64,000 bases of DNA from a virus. The stretch is from positions 128,001 through 192,000 of IMG/VR virus record IMGVR_UViG_3300045988_082442, one strand, 5' to 3'. The notes under the pieces are model-generated. The model was not told the origin of the DNA. It worked only from the letters and a program-made list of their open reading frames with translations, and did not search any database. This document shows positions 13,391 to 22,067 of the stretch, piece by piece. Made by a program: the position numbers and the translations under genes. How positions within the stretch are numbered: the stretch's first letter is position 1; each line of letters opens with the position of its first letter.

Positions 13391-15859
13391 ATGAGAAATT
13401 TAGTAGTATTAAGAGGATGCCCAGGTGCAGGGAAATCAACTTGGATAAAAGAAAATGGTTTAGAGCCTTATACATTATGTCCAGATACAATAAGGACAAT
13501 GGTAAGTGCTCCAGTATATACAGAAGAACATGATACTGAGATGACTATATCTCAGCAAAATGAAACTTATACATGGAATTTATTATTTGAATTACTTGAA
13601 AATAGAATGAAGAATGGTGATTTTACAGTAATAGATGCAACACATAGCAGGTCATCAGATTTTAGTAGATATAACGATTTATGTTCTACATATAGATATA
13701 GAAGATATACTGTATCATTTACAGATGTACCAGAAGAAGTATGTAAACAAAGAAATCTGGAAAGAGATGCCTATAAACAGGTACCACCTGAAGTTATAGA
13801 AAAGATGTATGCTAGATTTGCAACACAAAATAAAACAAGTGGATGGACAGAAATTCCAAGAGATAAATTCTGGGAAGTATTTAGTAATAAAGTGTTTGAT
13901 TTTAATAAGTATGAAAAAGTTCATATATTTGGTGATATTCATGGATGTTATGACCCACTAGAACAATATATAGTAGATAGCTATAATGGAGATGATGTAC
14001 ATGAAGATTTAAGCCCAGAAACATTAAAGAATTTATTAAATAAAGATGAGGCTTATATATTTGTAGGTGATTACTTAGATAGAGGATTACAAAATAAAGA
14101 AGTTTTAAAATTTATGATTTCAATATGTCAATTAGATAATGTTTTATGCTTAGAGGGAAATCACGAAAGATATTTATGGTATTGGGCTAATGAACAAGAT
14201 AATGAAATAAGAAGTAAAGAGTTCTTTAATCATACAGTACCACAAATAAGAGGTATATCTCCATCTGATATAAGACAATTTTATAGAAAATTAGGACAAA
14301 TGGCATTATTTACATTTAATAATGAAACATATTTTGTAACACATGGTGGATTATCATTATTACCAGAACACTTACCATTAGTATCAACAAATTGTCTAAT
14401 AAATGGTACAGGAAGATTTAAGTTTCCAATAGATGAAAGATATACAGAAAATATGCAAGGTAAAAATGTATTACAAGTACATGGTCATAGAAATATGGAA
14501 TGTGATTATAAAGGAAAACTACCTTTATCATTCTCACTAGAAGATAGAGTTGAGTTTGGTGGTAATTTTGTAGTATTAGAAATAAATGAGAAAGGTAATT
14601 ACTTCCATAGAATAAAGAATGATACATTTAGGGAACCTGATTATGACAATAAAGAAGAAGAAATAATACCAGCATTTGATATGACAATGGACAATATTGT
14701 AGAAAGAATGAGATTGAATAAGAACATAAAAGAAACAGTGCTACCAGATGGTATATCATCTTTTAACTTTACTAGACAAGCATTTGAAAAAGATAGATGG
14801 AACTCAGAAACAGTTAAAGCAAGGGGATTATTTATAGATACTGAAAACAATAAAATAGTTGCAAGAGGATATGAGAAGTTCTTTAATATAAATGAACAAG
14901 AAAACTGTAAATTATTTAATCTAAAATCATTATTTAATACAGGATTACCTGTAATTGCATATAAGAAGTATAATGGATTTTTAGGAATATTAAGTTATTA
15001 TCATGATGAGTTAAAATTCCATTCAAAATCTACTAATATAGGTGATTATGCAAACTACTTTAAAGACCTATTTTATAAAAGATTTACTGACAAACAAATA
15101 GATATGATTACAGATTATTTAAAGAATAATAATGTATCAATGGTATTTGAAGTTATAGACATAGACAATGACCCACATATCATAGAAGAAAAAGAAAGCA
15201 GAGTAGTTTTATTAGATATAATCAGAAATGAAGTAGAGTTTAGCAGATTACCTTATGACCAGTTATTACTTTTAGCAAACTTATGGGGAATAAAAGAAGA
15301 TGGTGTAAAACAAATATATAAAGAATTTACATCATACAGAGAGTTGACTGAGTTCTATGAAATACATAAAGATGATAAAAACTTTAATGATATTGATATA
15401 GAAGGAGTTGTAATAGAATGTGGTAACTTTATGACAAAGCTTAAATTTAATTATTATAGATTCTGGAAGGGTATGAGAAGTGTTGCAGAAAAATTACAAA
15501 GTGGAAGAGATAATGTAAAATTAAGTATGTTATACAATGCAACTGCAAACTATTTCTATAAGTTTGTAAAAGATATGGTAGAAGAAAAACAGTTAGAACT
15601 TCTAAAAATAAAAGATACATTAGGATTGGGAGATATAAATGCTGGTGATTTAAGAAGAGCAGAATTAGACTTTGAAAATAATATGATTACAATTCATAAA
15701 AGAGATAGAAGAGCTTATTATATAGGAAATGATATTACAGCAGAAAATGTTATTACAGCAACAACAACCCCAGAAATAATGAACAAACTATCAGAACTAC
15801 AAAAATCAAAGGATATAATAACATTAAGAAACGAATATTATAGAAATGGTGGTGTTTAA
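13391..15859 (+). CDS. pnkp: polynucleotide kinase-phosphatase-ligase (bacterial Pnkp-type RNA repair enzyme)
   Basis: N-terminal P-loop GCPGAGKST. Central calcineurin-type motifs GDIHGC, GDYLDRG, GNHE and VHGH. C-terminal nucleotidyltransferase motifs KKYNGF (I), MVFEV (III), IEGVVI (IV) and KLKF (V). Confidence 0.8.
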   Translation: MRNLVVLRGCPGAGKSTWIKENGLEPYTLCPDTIRTMVSAPVYTEEHDTEMTISQQNETYTWNLLFELLENRMKNGDFTVIDATHSRSSDFSRYNDLCSTYRYRRYTVSFTDVPEEVCKQRNLERDAYKQVPPEVIEKMYARFATQNKTSGWTEIPRDKFWEVFSNKVFDFNKYEKVHIFGDIHGCYDPLEQYIVDSYNGDDVHEDLSPETLKNLLNKDEAYIFVGDYLDRGLQNKEVLKFMISICQLDNVLCLEGNHERYLWYWANEQDNEIRSKEFFNHTVPQIRGISPSDIRQFYRKLGQMALFTFNNETYFVTHGGLSLLPEHLPLVSTNCLINGTGRFKFPIDERYTENMQGKNVLQVHGHRNMECDYKGKLPLSFSLEDRVEFGGNFVVLEINEKGNYFHRIKNDTFREPDYDNKEEEIIPAFDMTMDNIVERMRLNKNIKETVLPDGISSFNFTRQAFEKDRWNSETVKARGLFIDTENNKIVARGYEKFFNINEQENCKLFNLKSLFNTGLPVIAYKKYNGFLGILSYYHDELKFHSKSTNIGDYANYFKDLFYKRFTDKQIDMITDYLKNNNVSMVFEVIDIDNDPHIIEEKESRVVLLDIIRNEVEFSRLPYDQLLLLANLWGIKEDGVKQIYKEFTSYRELTEFYEIHKDDKNFNDIDIEGVVIECGNFMTKLKFNYYRFWKGMRSVAEKLQSGRDNVKLSMLYNATANYFYKFVKDMVEEKQLELLKIKDTLGLGDINAGDLRRAELDFENNMITIHKRDRRAYYIGNDITAENVITATTTPEIMNKLSELQKSKDIITLRNEYYRNGGV

Positions 15860-15860
15860 T

Positions 15861-16076
15861 ATGGGGTTAATAGGATACTATATATCTAACCTATTGTGTA
15901 ATATACTTATACTAGCAATGGTTGTAGTGGTGTTGATTATTTCAATACCACTTGCAGTTATAATATCATTATGTGAGGTTGTAGGTACATTAGGTATATT
16001 CCTAAATAAGTTATTAGATAGCCTTATTCAGAAAACAGATAATTTAATAAAAGTATTAAAAACAAAGGAGAATTAG
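15861..16076 (+). CDS. small membrane protein
   Basis: Two hydrophobic stretches. ATG at 15861 lies within the track ORF. Confidence 0.5.
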   Translation: MGLIGYYISNLLCNILILAMVVVVLIISIPLAVIISLCEVVGTLGIFLNKLLDSLIQKTDNLIKVLKTKEN

Positions 16077-16078
16077 AA

Positions 16079-16258
16079 ATGGAAGATTGGTTAAATAGAA
16101 TTGTAAAATGTCCATGGTGTAAGCAAGATGTTAGAGATGGTGATAGAATTTGGTTAGATGGGGAATGCCTATGTCCAGAATGCTATCAGCATAAAAGACA
16201 GAAATATGATGACTTAAAAAGAAGTGGTTATGAACAAGCAAAGAAAGAATCAAGGTAA
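16079..16258 (+). CDS. zinc-ribbon protein (59 aa)
   Basis: CPWC...CPEC. ATG 2 nt downstream of the upstream stop codon. Just below the track cutoff. Confidence 0.45.
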   Translation: MEDWLNRIVKCPWCKQDVRDGDRIWLDGECLCPECYQHKRQKYDDLKRSGYEQAKKESR

Positions 16259-16275
16259 TACAGAGGAGTGATATT

Positions 16276-16815
16276 ATGTTTATAGGAAAAGAGTTAAGAA
16301 GTGTAAAAACTGGAAAACAAATATTAGTACCATTTTGTAATGAATGTAATTCACAGAATATAGAAACTATACAAGTATGTCGTAACTGTGGCTCGCATAA
16401 TATAAAGGTAGACTGGCAAGATGATAGAAGCATAAAAGATGAATATGAGGATAGATGTGCTTATATCTATAAATGTGATTCATGTGGGGAAGAATATGAT
16501 GGATTACAACATGCTAATGTTATATCTTATTCAACAGGTGAATTTATAAGTGGGGAATCTGAATATTCAGAAAAGAAATACAGCATGAAGAGAGATTTAT
16601 GTCCAAAGTGTACTAAAATGCTTATCAACACATTAAATGCTAGAATAGAAGAAATTATAGATGAGGATAATGTTATGAATATAGCAGATAATATCACAGA
16701 TAAAACAGAAACTAAAGAAAGTGAACAATGTCAAACCTGTGCAAAATATGAATATTGCACAATGAGAAAAGATAAAGAGTTCTGTTATGAATATGATAGA
16801 GAGGGTGATTTATAA
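16276..16815 (+). CDS. multi-zinc-ribbon protein
   Basis: CNEC..CRNC, CDSC, CPKC and CQTC pairs. Confidence 0.6.
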   Translation: MFIGKELRSVKTGKQILVPFCNECNSQNIETIQVCRNCGSHNIKVDWQDDRSIKDEYEDRCAYIYKCDSCGEEYDGLQHANVISYSTGEFISGESEYSEKKYSMKRDLCPKCTKMLINTLNARIEEIIDEDNVMNIADNITDKTETKESEQCQTCAKYEYCTMRKDKEFCYEYDREGDL

Positions 16816-17186
16816 TGAGTTTTGCAGTAACTGGTTTGACACATTGTTCTAGTTGTGGAACACCATTAGGCATGAACGAATATGGATATTGTGCAAGTTG
16901 TCAGGAAAAGATAGATAAACAAAAAGAAAAGGATAAAAAACAACATGAGAAAGATATGTTTAAAGCAGAAATTTTAGGCGAGGTTAAAGAAGTTCTAAAC
17001 AAGAACATATTAGATGAATTAGCTAAAATGAGAGGTACTATAAATGAGATGAATATACCAACTAGAAAACCAGATGATATAGATTGGGATAGATGGTATG
17101 CAGATATTGGGCAACAGGTAGTATCAGAATCATTAAAAGGTAATAAATGTATCTTAGTAAATTTTATCAATAATAAAAATAAATAA
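16815..17186 (+). CDS. zinc-ribbon protein
   Basis: CSSC...CASC; start overlaps the upstream stop. Confidence 0.6.
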   Translation: MSFAVTGLTHCSSCGTPLGMNEYGYCASCQEKIDKQKEKDKKQHEKDMFKAEILGEVKEVLNKNILDELAKMRGTINEMNIPTRKPDDIDWDRWYADIGQQVVSESLKGNKCILVNFINNKNK

Positions 17187-17195
17187 TAAATATAA

Positions 17196-17235
17196 GGATA
17201 ATTTTACAATCCTTACAGGAAACTGTGAACTGTGT
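17196..17235 (+). promoter_or_regulatory. conserved double-hairpin leader motif, copy D
   Basis: GGATAATTTTACAATCC TT ACAGGAAACTGT GAACTGTGT, 8 nt upstream of array 2. Both stems carry compensatory changes relative to copies A-C. Confidence 0.75.
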
Positions 17236-17243
17236 AATTTAAT

Positions 17244-17665
17244 ATCCTATAGCTATATAAAATGACACAGATGTGAAAGTATTGCAACATTAAAATACCC
17301 TATTTTTGGGGTTTTATGGCTATATAAAATAACACAGATGTGAAAGAGGGATTTTGTTTTGTTAGCATTTATTTCTGTTTTATAGCTATATAAAATGACA
17401 CAGATGTGAAAGTCTGGAACAAATCTTGAAAAGTCCAGCTTTGTTTTATGGCTATATAAAATAACACAGGTGTGAAATAATTCAAAGTATTGTTCAAATA
17501 GTTTCTGTGTTTTATAGTTATATAAAATGACACAGATGTGAAAGGAATACTAAAATAAAGTAGCAATTGAGCTAGTTCTATAGCTATATAAAATGACACA
17601 GATATGAAAGTTAAGCTCATGAATGATAGCAACAATAGTTTTATAGATATATAAGAAGCAGAAAG
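17244..17665 (+). CRISPR. CRISPR array 2: seven repeats (last one degenerate), six spacers of 27-31 nt
   Basis: Repeats at 17244, 17311, 17377, 17443, 17509, 17575 and 17638, with a 66-67-nt period. Consensus is GTTTTATAGCTATATAAAATGACACAGATGTGAAAG (36 nt). All spacers are unique. Confidence 0.9.
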
Positions 17666-17676
17666 GAGAAAATTAA

Positions 17677-18111
17677 ATGAAAGAAAGATTAATATGTGAT
17701 TTAAAGGAAGCAATGAAGAATAAAGATGTAATTGCTAAAAATACAATACAAAGTATTAGGGCTTCTATACTACAGTATGAAAAAGATAATCATACAGAAG
17801 CAACTAATAAACAAATAGAGGATATATTGGTTAAAGAAAGGAAGAAAAGAGTAGATGCATTAGAACAATTCCAAAAAGCAAATAGGGAAGATTTAATACA
17901 TCAAACAGAAATGGAAATACAAATAATAGAGGGATATTTACCAGAGCAAATGTCAGAAGAAGAAATAAGAGAAAGACTATCTGAAACAATATCTCAAATG
18001 AATGCTGATAAATCAATGTTTGGACAAATAATGAAAATGGCAAAAGAAGAATTTGGAAATACAGCAGATGGTAAGACACTTAGTACAATATTGAAAGAAT
18101 TATTAAACTAA
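17677..18111 (+). CDS. GatB/YqeY-domain protein
   Basis: End-to-end resemblance to YqeY: L..DLKEAMK.KD, ...ILVKERKKR..., IIEGYLP, GQIMK...G.ADGK. Confidence 0.7.
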   Translation: MKERLICDLKEAMKNKDVIAKNTIQSIRASILQYEKDNHTEATNKQIEDILVKERKKRVDALEQFQKANREDLIHQTEMEIQIIEGYLPEQMSEEEIRERLSETISQMNADKSMFGQIMKMAKEEFGNTADGKTLSTILKELLN

Positions 18112-18133
18112 TAAATATTGAGGGGGTTAAATA

Positions 18134-19057
18134 ATGAGTGAAGATGCAGTAAGTAAGATGAGGGATATAATGGATAGATTTGCAAAAATTTATACACCAG
18201 AATATCTAGCAGAATTAAGCTTAAGGAGTTATATAGAAGATAGAGAATATCCAGAAAACTTCTCAAACTGGTACCCACATATATTAAATTTTGGAAAATT
18301 TAGTAATGCAGAGGTTATATCTAATCAAATATTGACACATGGGCAAGTAGAAATATTACAAGAAACAGATGATATAAACAATGTAAATTGGGATAAATGT
18401 GCAGAAGTATTTAAACCTACATTGGATGTAATGAAACCAAATGTAATATATAGTATAAAGAATGGTTGCTTTTCAAATAAGTTTGACTTTGAAACCTGTG
18501 TTACAGATAAGAGAGACTTTGTAGAGAAAATGTGGAAAATAAATTATGCATCATCAATGTTTGAAACAGGTGGATATACAGAAGTAGTAGTTAGAAAATA
18601 TATACCATCAGACCCAAGTAAGTATTTAACTATATATAATGGTATGCCTTTAAGAACAGAGGTTAGAGTATTTTATAATATGATAACAAAGAAAATAGAA
18701 TACATAAAAGATTACTGGGATTATGATTACTGTGTTGACAATATACATAACTTAACAGATAAAGTAGCCTTTAACTATTTTCATAATAAAATGGCTATGA
18801 GTAGTGATTTGGTTATAAATCTTTTTAGACATGAGGCAGAACTAGATAAAGTAAAAGATTTCATAATAGACAATATTGAAACATTAAGATTTGATGGGGA
18901 GCTAGGTAAGATAGAACCTATATGGAGTATTGACTTTATGTATGATGCTGATACAGAAGATGTTTATTTAATTGATATGGCAAGAGGGTTTAGGTCAGCA
19001 TATTGGGATGTAAATCTATTAAGTAAAGAAACACAGGAGGAATTACAAAAGAGGTAG
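18134..19057 (+). CDS. possible ATP-grasp-fold enzyme
   Basis: TEVRVFY and IWSIDFMYD..DVYLIDMA resemble ATP-grasp C-terminal strands. Weak, by eye only. Confidence 0.35.
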   Translation: MSEDAVSKMRDIMDRFAKIYTPEYLAELSLRSYIEDREYPENFSNWYPHILNFGKFSNAEVISNQILTHGQVEILQETDDINNVNWDKCAEVFKPTLDVMKPNVIYSIKNGCFSNKFDFETCVTDKRDFVEKMWKINYASSMFETGGYTEVVVRKYIPSDPSKYLTIYNGMPLRTEVRVFYNMITKKIEYIKDYWDYDYCVDNIHNLTDKVAFNYFHNKMAMSSDLVINLFRHEAELDKVKDFIIDNIETLRFDGELGKIEPIWSIDFMYDADTEDVYLIDMARGFRSAYWDVNLLSKETQEELQKR

Positions 19058-19086
19058 AATAATATACTAAAATGGAGGTAATTTAT

Positions 19087-20088
19087 ATGAGTAAGGGTAT
19101 TGAAGAAAGTAAAAGTATTGAAGAAGTAAAAGATACTAGAGATAACAGAAAGTCTAAAATAAATATGACAAAACTGTTAGGCAGTATTAGTGGAATTAAG
19201 GTAAATCAAAACAGGAGTGAGAAAGTTTCAGTTTATAGAATTACTGGGAAAGATGGTAAAAAGGTGATTTTATCATCAAGACAGCTAGTTTCAAATAGCA
19301 TATCTAAGTTTAAAGAAACTTATTCTTATTTTTGGAGTAAGTTAGCTGAGTATGGACCTAAAGAATTTAAGGCAGAGGTTATAGCAGAATTTCCAGCAAA
19401 GTATCCAGATAGTGATACAAAAAATGTAAGAGGTATAAAAAGTAGGATAGAAAAGATTATCTGGGATGAATTAGCATTTTATAATTTAAATCCCAATTAT
19501 GTTGTAAGGGGGAGCAACAGAACTGGTTATACACCCCTATTTATTAGTGTTGTAAATTATCACAAAACAGATATGCAAGAAGAGTCTAAGGTTATAGCAG
19601 ATAAAGCAGGTATAAGTGAATCTGAGATAAGTTTAATAGTAAATGGTAAAAAGGGTAATTGTCAACCTATGGAACTTATATCAAATAATGGTAACATACC
19701 TTATTGTTATATAAAAACAGCGTTAAATAATACCAAATCTAGTGAGGTAGATAATAATGCAGATAGTACTGAGGTTATAAATGCTAGTAATGAAGCAGAT
19801 ATTAAAATAAGTCAGACACCAGATAAGTTTATATATGAGGTTAAAGATGGTGCAATATCTGAATATAGGGTATTAAATAAAAAACAATGTACCTTATATT
19901 ATTTAGATAGACCATTAAATGGAAAAACAATATTAGAGGAAGATAAGATATTAGAAAATGCTTTATTATTTACAAATAGGGAAGAAGCTGAGAATATGTT
20001 AAATAATCAAATTGATGAATTTAATAAAAGAATAAGTGGTTTGCCAAGGTGGTTTGTAAAGAAAGCATTATCAAAGGAGGAAAACTAA
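19087..20088 (+). CDS. hypothetical protein
   Basis: Track frame; ATG at 19087 is 7 nt after GGAGGT. Confidence 0.65.
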   Translation: MSKGIEESKSIEEVKDTRDNRKSKINMTKLLGSISGIKVNQNRSEKVSVYRITGKDGKKVILSSRQLVSNSISKFKETYSYFWSKLAEYGPKEFKAEVIAEFPAKYPDSDTKNVRGIKSRIEKIIWDELAFYNLNPNYVVRGSNRTGYTPLFISVVNYHKTDMQEESKVIADKAGISESEISLIVNGKKGNCQPMELISNNGNIPYCYIKTALNNTKSSEVDNNADSTEVINASNEADIKISQTPDKFIYEVKDGAISEYRVLNKKQCTLYYLDRPLNGKTILEEDKILENALLFTNREEAENMLNNQIDEFNKRISGLPRWFVKKALSKEEN

Positions 20089-20345
20089 TGTCAAAGAACA
20101 ATTCATATAAAATAGGTGATAAGTTTTATAGATATAATAAAAAGACAAAAGAATTAGAAGAATTAGAGATAGCCAACATACAATATGTCTTTAATAAGAA
20201 AATAGGTTCTAGGGCGAATTTCACAACAGATGAAATACATAAATTGTTAGAGGATGGAGTAGTAACAAATAATATTGATATTCTAAAAAGAGAGGCAATA
20301 TCAAAATTAGAGGAACAGTTTGGAATAAAACTAAAAGAAGTATAA
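20088..20345 (+). CDS. hypothetical protein
   Basis: Track frame; ATG at 20088 follows AGGAGG and overlaps the upstream TAA. Confidence 0.6.
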   Translation: MSKNNSYKIGDKFYRYNKKTKELEELEIANIQYVFNKKIGSRANFTTDEIHKLLEDGVVTNNIDILKREAISKLEEQFGIKLKEV

Positions 20346-20358
20346 GGGGGTTATAATT

Positions 20359-20820
20359 ATGAGTGATTCAAAAGTATGGGTAAATTTAAAAGAAGTATGT
20401 GATATAGCAGAATTAAAACCAGACCAAATGATATGGTGTATAGGAGATGATGGAGATTTTCTAACAGAAGCACACTCTATAAAAGAAACAATAGGAAGTT
20501 TTGATTGGAATGGTATTCAATTTGCATTAGTATCATCAGGTAATGAAAAAGATGAAGGTGAAAAAGTAATAGCAGAGGAAAACCCAGATAAAACAGTAGA
20601 ACCAAGTGCAGATGGATTTCAAATATCTAAAAGAAGAACCAGACAGGCAGTAAAGATATTTAAAGGTGCAGATAGTGAAATATTAGAAGAGAAGATAAAT
20701 GAGTTCTTAGATACTTTATCAGAAGTAGTAAATATAAAATATTCAACATCTGTTGCATCAAGAGGAAATGTAGATGTTATGATGTATTCTGTTTTAATTC
20801 ACTATCTAAAGGAGGATTAA
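20359..20820 (+). CDS. hypothetical protein (Cse60-like C-terminal segment?)
   Basis: ORF track. KIFKGADSEILEEKINEFL is reminiscent of small sporulation protein Cse60. Low certainty. Confidence 0.5.
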   Translation: MSDSKVWVNLKEVCDIAELKPDQMIWCIGDDGDFLTEAHSIKETIGSFDWNGIQFALVSSGNEKDEGEKVIAEENPDKTVEPSADGFQISKRRTRQAVKIFKGADSEILEEKINEFLDTLSEVVNIKYSTSVASRGNVDVMMYSVLIHYLKED

Positions 20821-20823
20821 TCA

Positions 20824-21273
20824 ATGGGGATGTATGATACAATAAACCCTGCATTAGCAAAAAGAATAATAACACATTGTCCTATTTGTGATAAGTACCT
20901 ATATAATAGTGATGATGTAGAATGGCAAACAAAATGTTTTAGTAATATTTTAAAAGAAATAAATTTAGAGGATATACATCGTGATACATTTGAAATGCAT
21001 GTAATATGCCCTAATTGTAATCAATATTTTAGTATAGACGTAAATTTAAAAGAAGGTAATTTTACTGCACAGAGTAACTTTGATTTTGATGTAGGGGATA
21101 CCTATATTAGACCTTTTGAAGATACATCTTTAACATCAGATTATATAGTTTTAAAAAGTCAAAGGCTATTCAATAATGGTATTAAAGAATGGCTAGAGTT
21201 AAATTCAGTAGATATATGTGATATGGAAGGATTTTATATTATACCTAAATCAGTATTAAATAAAAATGCTTGA
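20824..21273 (+). CDS. zinc-ribbon protein
   Basis: CPICDK ... CPNC. Confidence 0.6.
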   Translation: MGMYDTINPALAKRIITHCPICDKYLYNSDDVEWQTKCFSNILKEINLEDIHRDTFEMHVICPNCNQYFSIDVNLKEGNFTAQSNFDFDVGDTYIRPFEDTSLTSDYIVLKSQRLFNNGIKEWLELNSVDICDMEGFYIIPKSVLNKNA

Positions 21274-21328
21274 CAGAAAAATACTTGACAAAAAAATGCT
21301 TGACATAATATCAAATTTATTATATAAT
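21270..21328 (+). promoter_or_regulatory. promoter with three tandem TTGACA boxes
   Basis: TTGACA at 21270, 21285 and 21300. Only the third is 17 nt from TATAAT (21323-21328). Confidence 0.6.
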
Positions 21329-21412
21329 ACAATTAGGGAATGTAAATCCCCAAGAAATGATATTATATAAGTATATAGAATACTATGTCAGATGTAAGGA
21401 GGTGTAATACAA

Positions 21413-21928
21413 ATGGAAGGAAAAAGAGGTAGACCTAGAAAAGGTGTCATCATAGAAAAGGATATAGAATATTCTAATGCAAGAGTAAAAATAGCACATT
21501 ATGTAAGAAGAAACAATATAGAAAAGAAATGTGTAATATGTGGTAAAGAAGGAGAAATAATGCACAATAGAGAAAATCCATATATGATAGCATTTATCTG
21601 TAACGAATGTAGAAAAGACCCAAAGAAAGAAAAGTTAGCAGAGAAAAGAAGATTTGATATTAGAAATAAAGTATCTAAAAAAGGTACACATATATTAAAA
21701 ACAAGTACAGATGAGTATATTACAAAAGTAGTGGACGATTATCTAAAAGATGTATTACCAATTAGAGAATATTGTGATAAAATAGGGGTTTCTAATAGAC
21801 AATTCCATACAATATTAAACAGATATAAAGAGATACATCCAAATCAACCAGTAGATGACTTTATAAAAAGTCATAGAAATACAGTACACAGAAAGAGAAT
21901 AGAAGCATATAAACAAGTAGATGTATAA
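21413..21928 (+). CDS. putative DNA-binding regulator (AT-hook-like N-terminus, zinc ribbon, HTH-like segment)
   Basis: GKRGRPRKG; CVICGK...CNEC; IREYCDKIGVSNRQFHTILNRY. Confidence 0.45.
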   Translation: MEGKRGRPRKGVIIEKDIEYSNARVKIAHYVRRNNIEKKCVICGKEGEIMHNRENPYMIAFICNECRKDPKKEKLAEKRRFDIRNKVSKKGTHILKTSTDEYITKVVDDYLKDVLPIREYCDKIGVSNRQFHTILNRYKEIHPNQPVDDFIKSHRNTVHRKRIEAYKQVDV

Positions 21929-21938
21929 TTAGATAAAA

Positions 21939-21969
21939 TTGTAGATAAAAAATATCTACAATTTTTTTA
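21939..21969 (+). terminator. intrinsic terminator
   Basis: TTGTAGATA-AAAAA-TATCTACAA followed by TTTTTTT. Confidence 0.75.
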
Positions 21970-21978
21970 TTTTATCTA

Positions 21979-22007
21979 TTGACAAATAAAAATATCTATT
22001 ATATAAT
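21979..22007 (+). promoter_or_regulatory. sigma-70-like promoter flanked by AAATATCT palindromes
   Basis: TTGACA, 17 nt, TATAAT. Confidence 0.65.
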
Positions 22008-22067
22008 ACAACCAGAGTTAAAAATATCTAAAAAGATATTTAAGATATTTATTAGGAGGTAGTATTT

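Noticed and set aside
17479-17508. Possible self-targeting by array-2 spacer 4, which shares TATTGTTCAAA with 11369-11379
   Set aside because: Only 11 contiguous nt match and the flanks diverge. This is not a protospacer.
17369-17713. 114-aa minus-strand ORF
   Set aside because: It is the antisense translation of CRISPR array 2. Its periodic peptide repeats (..SVSFYIAIK..) simply mirror the DNA repeats.
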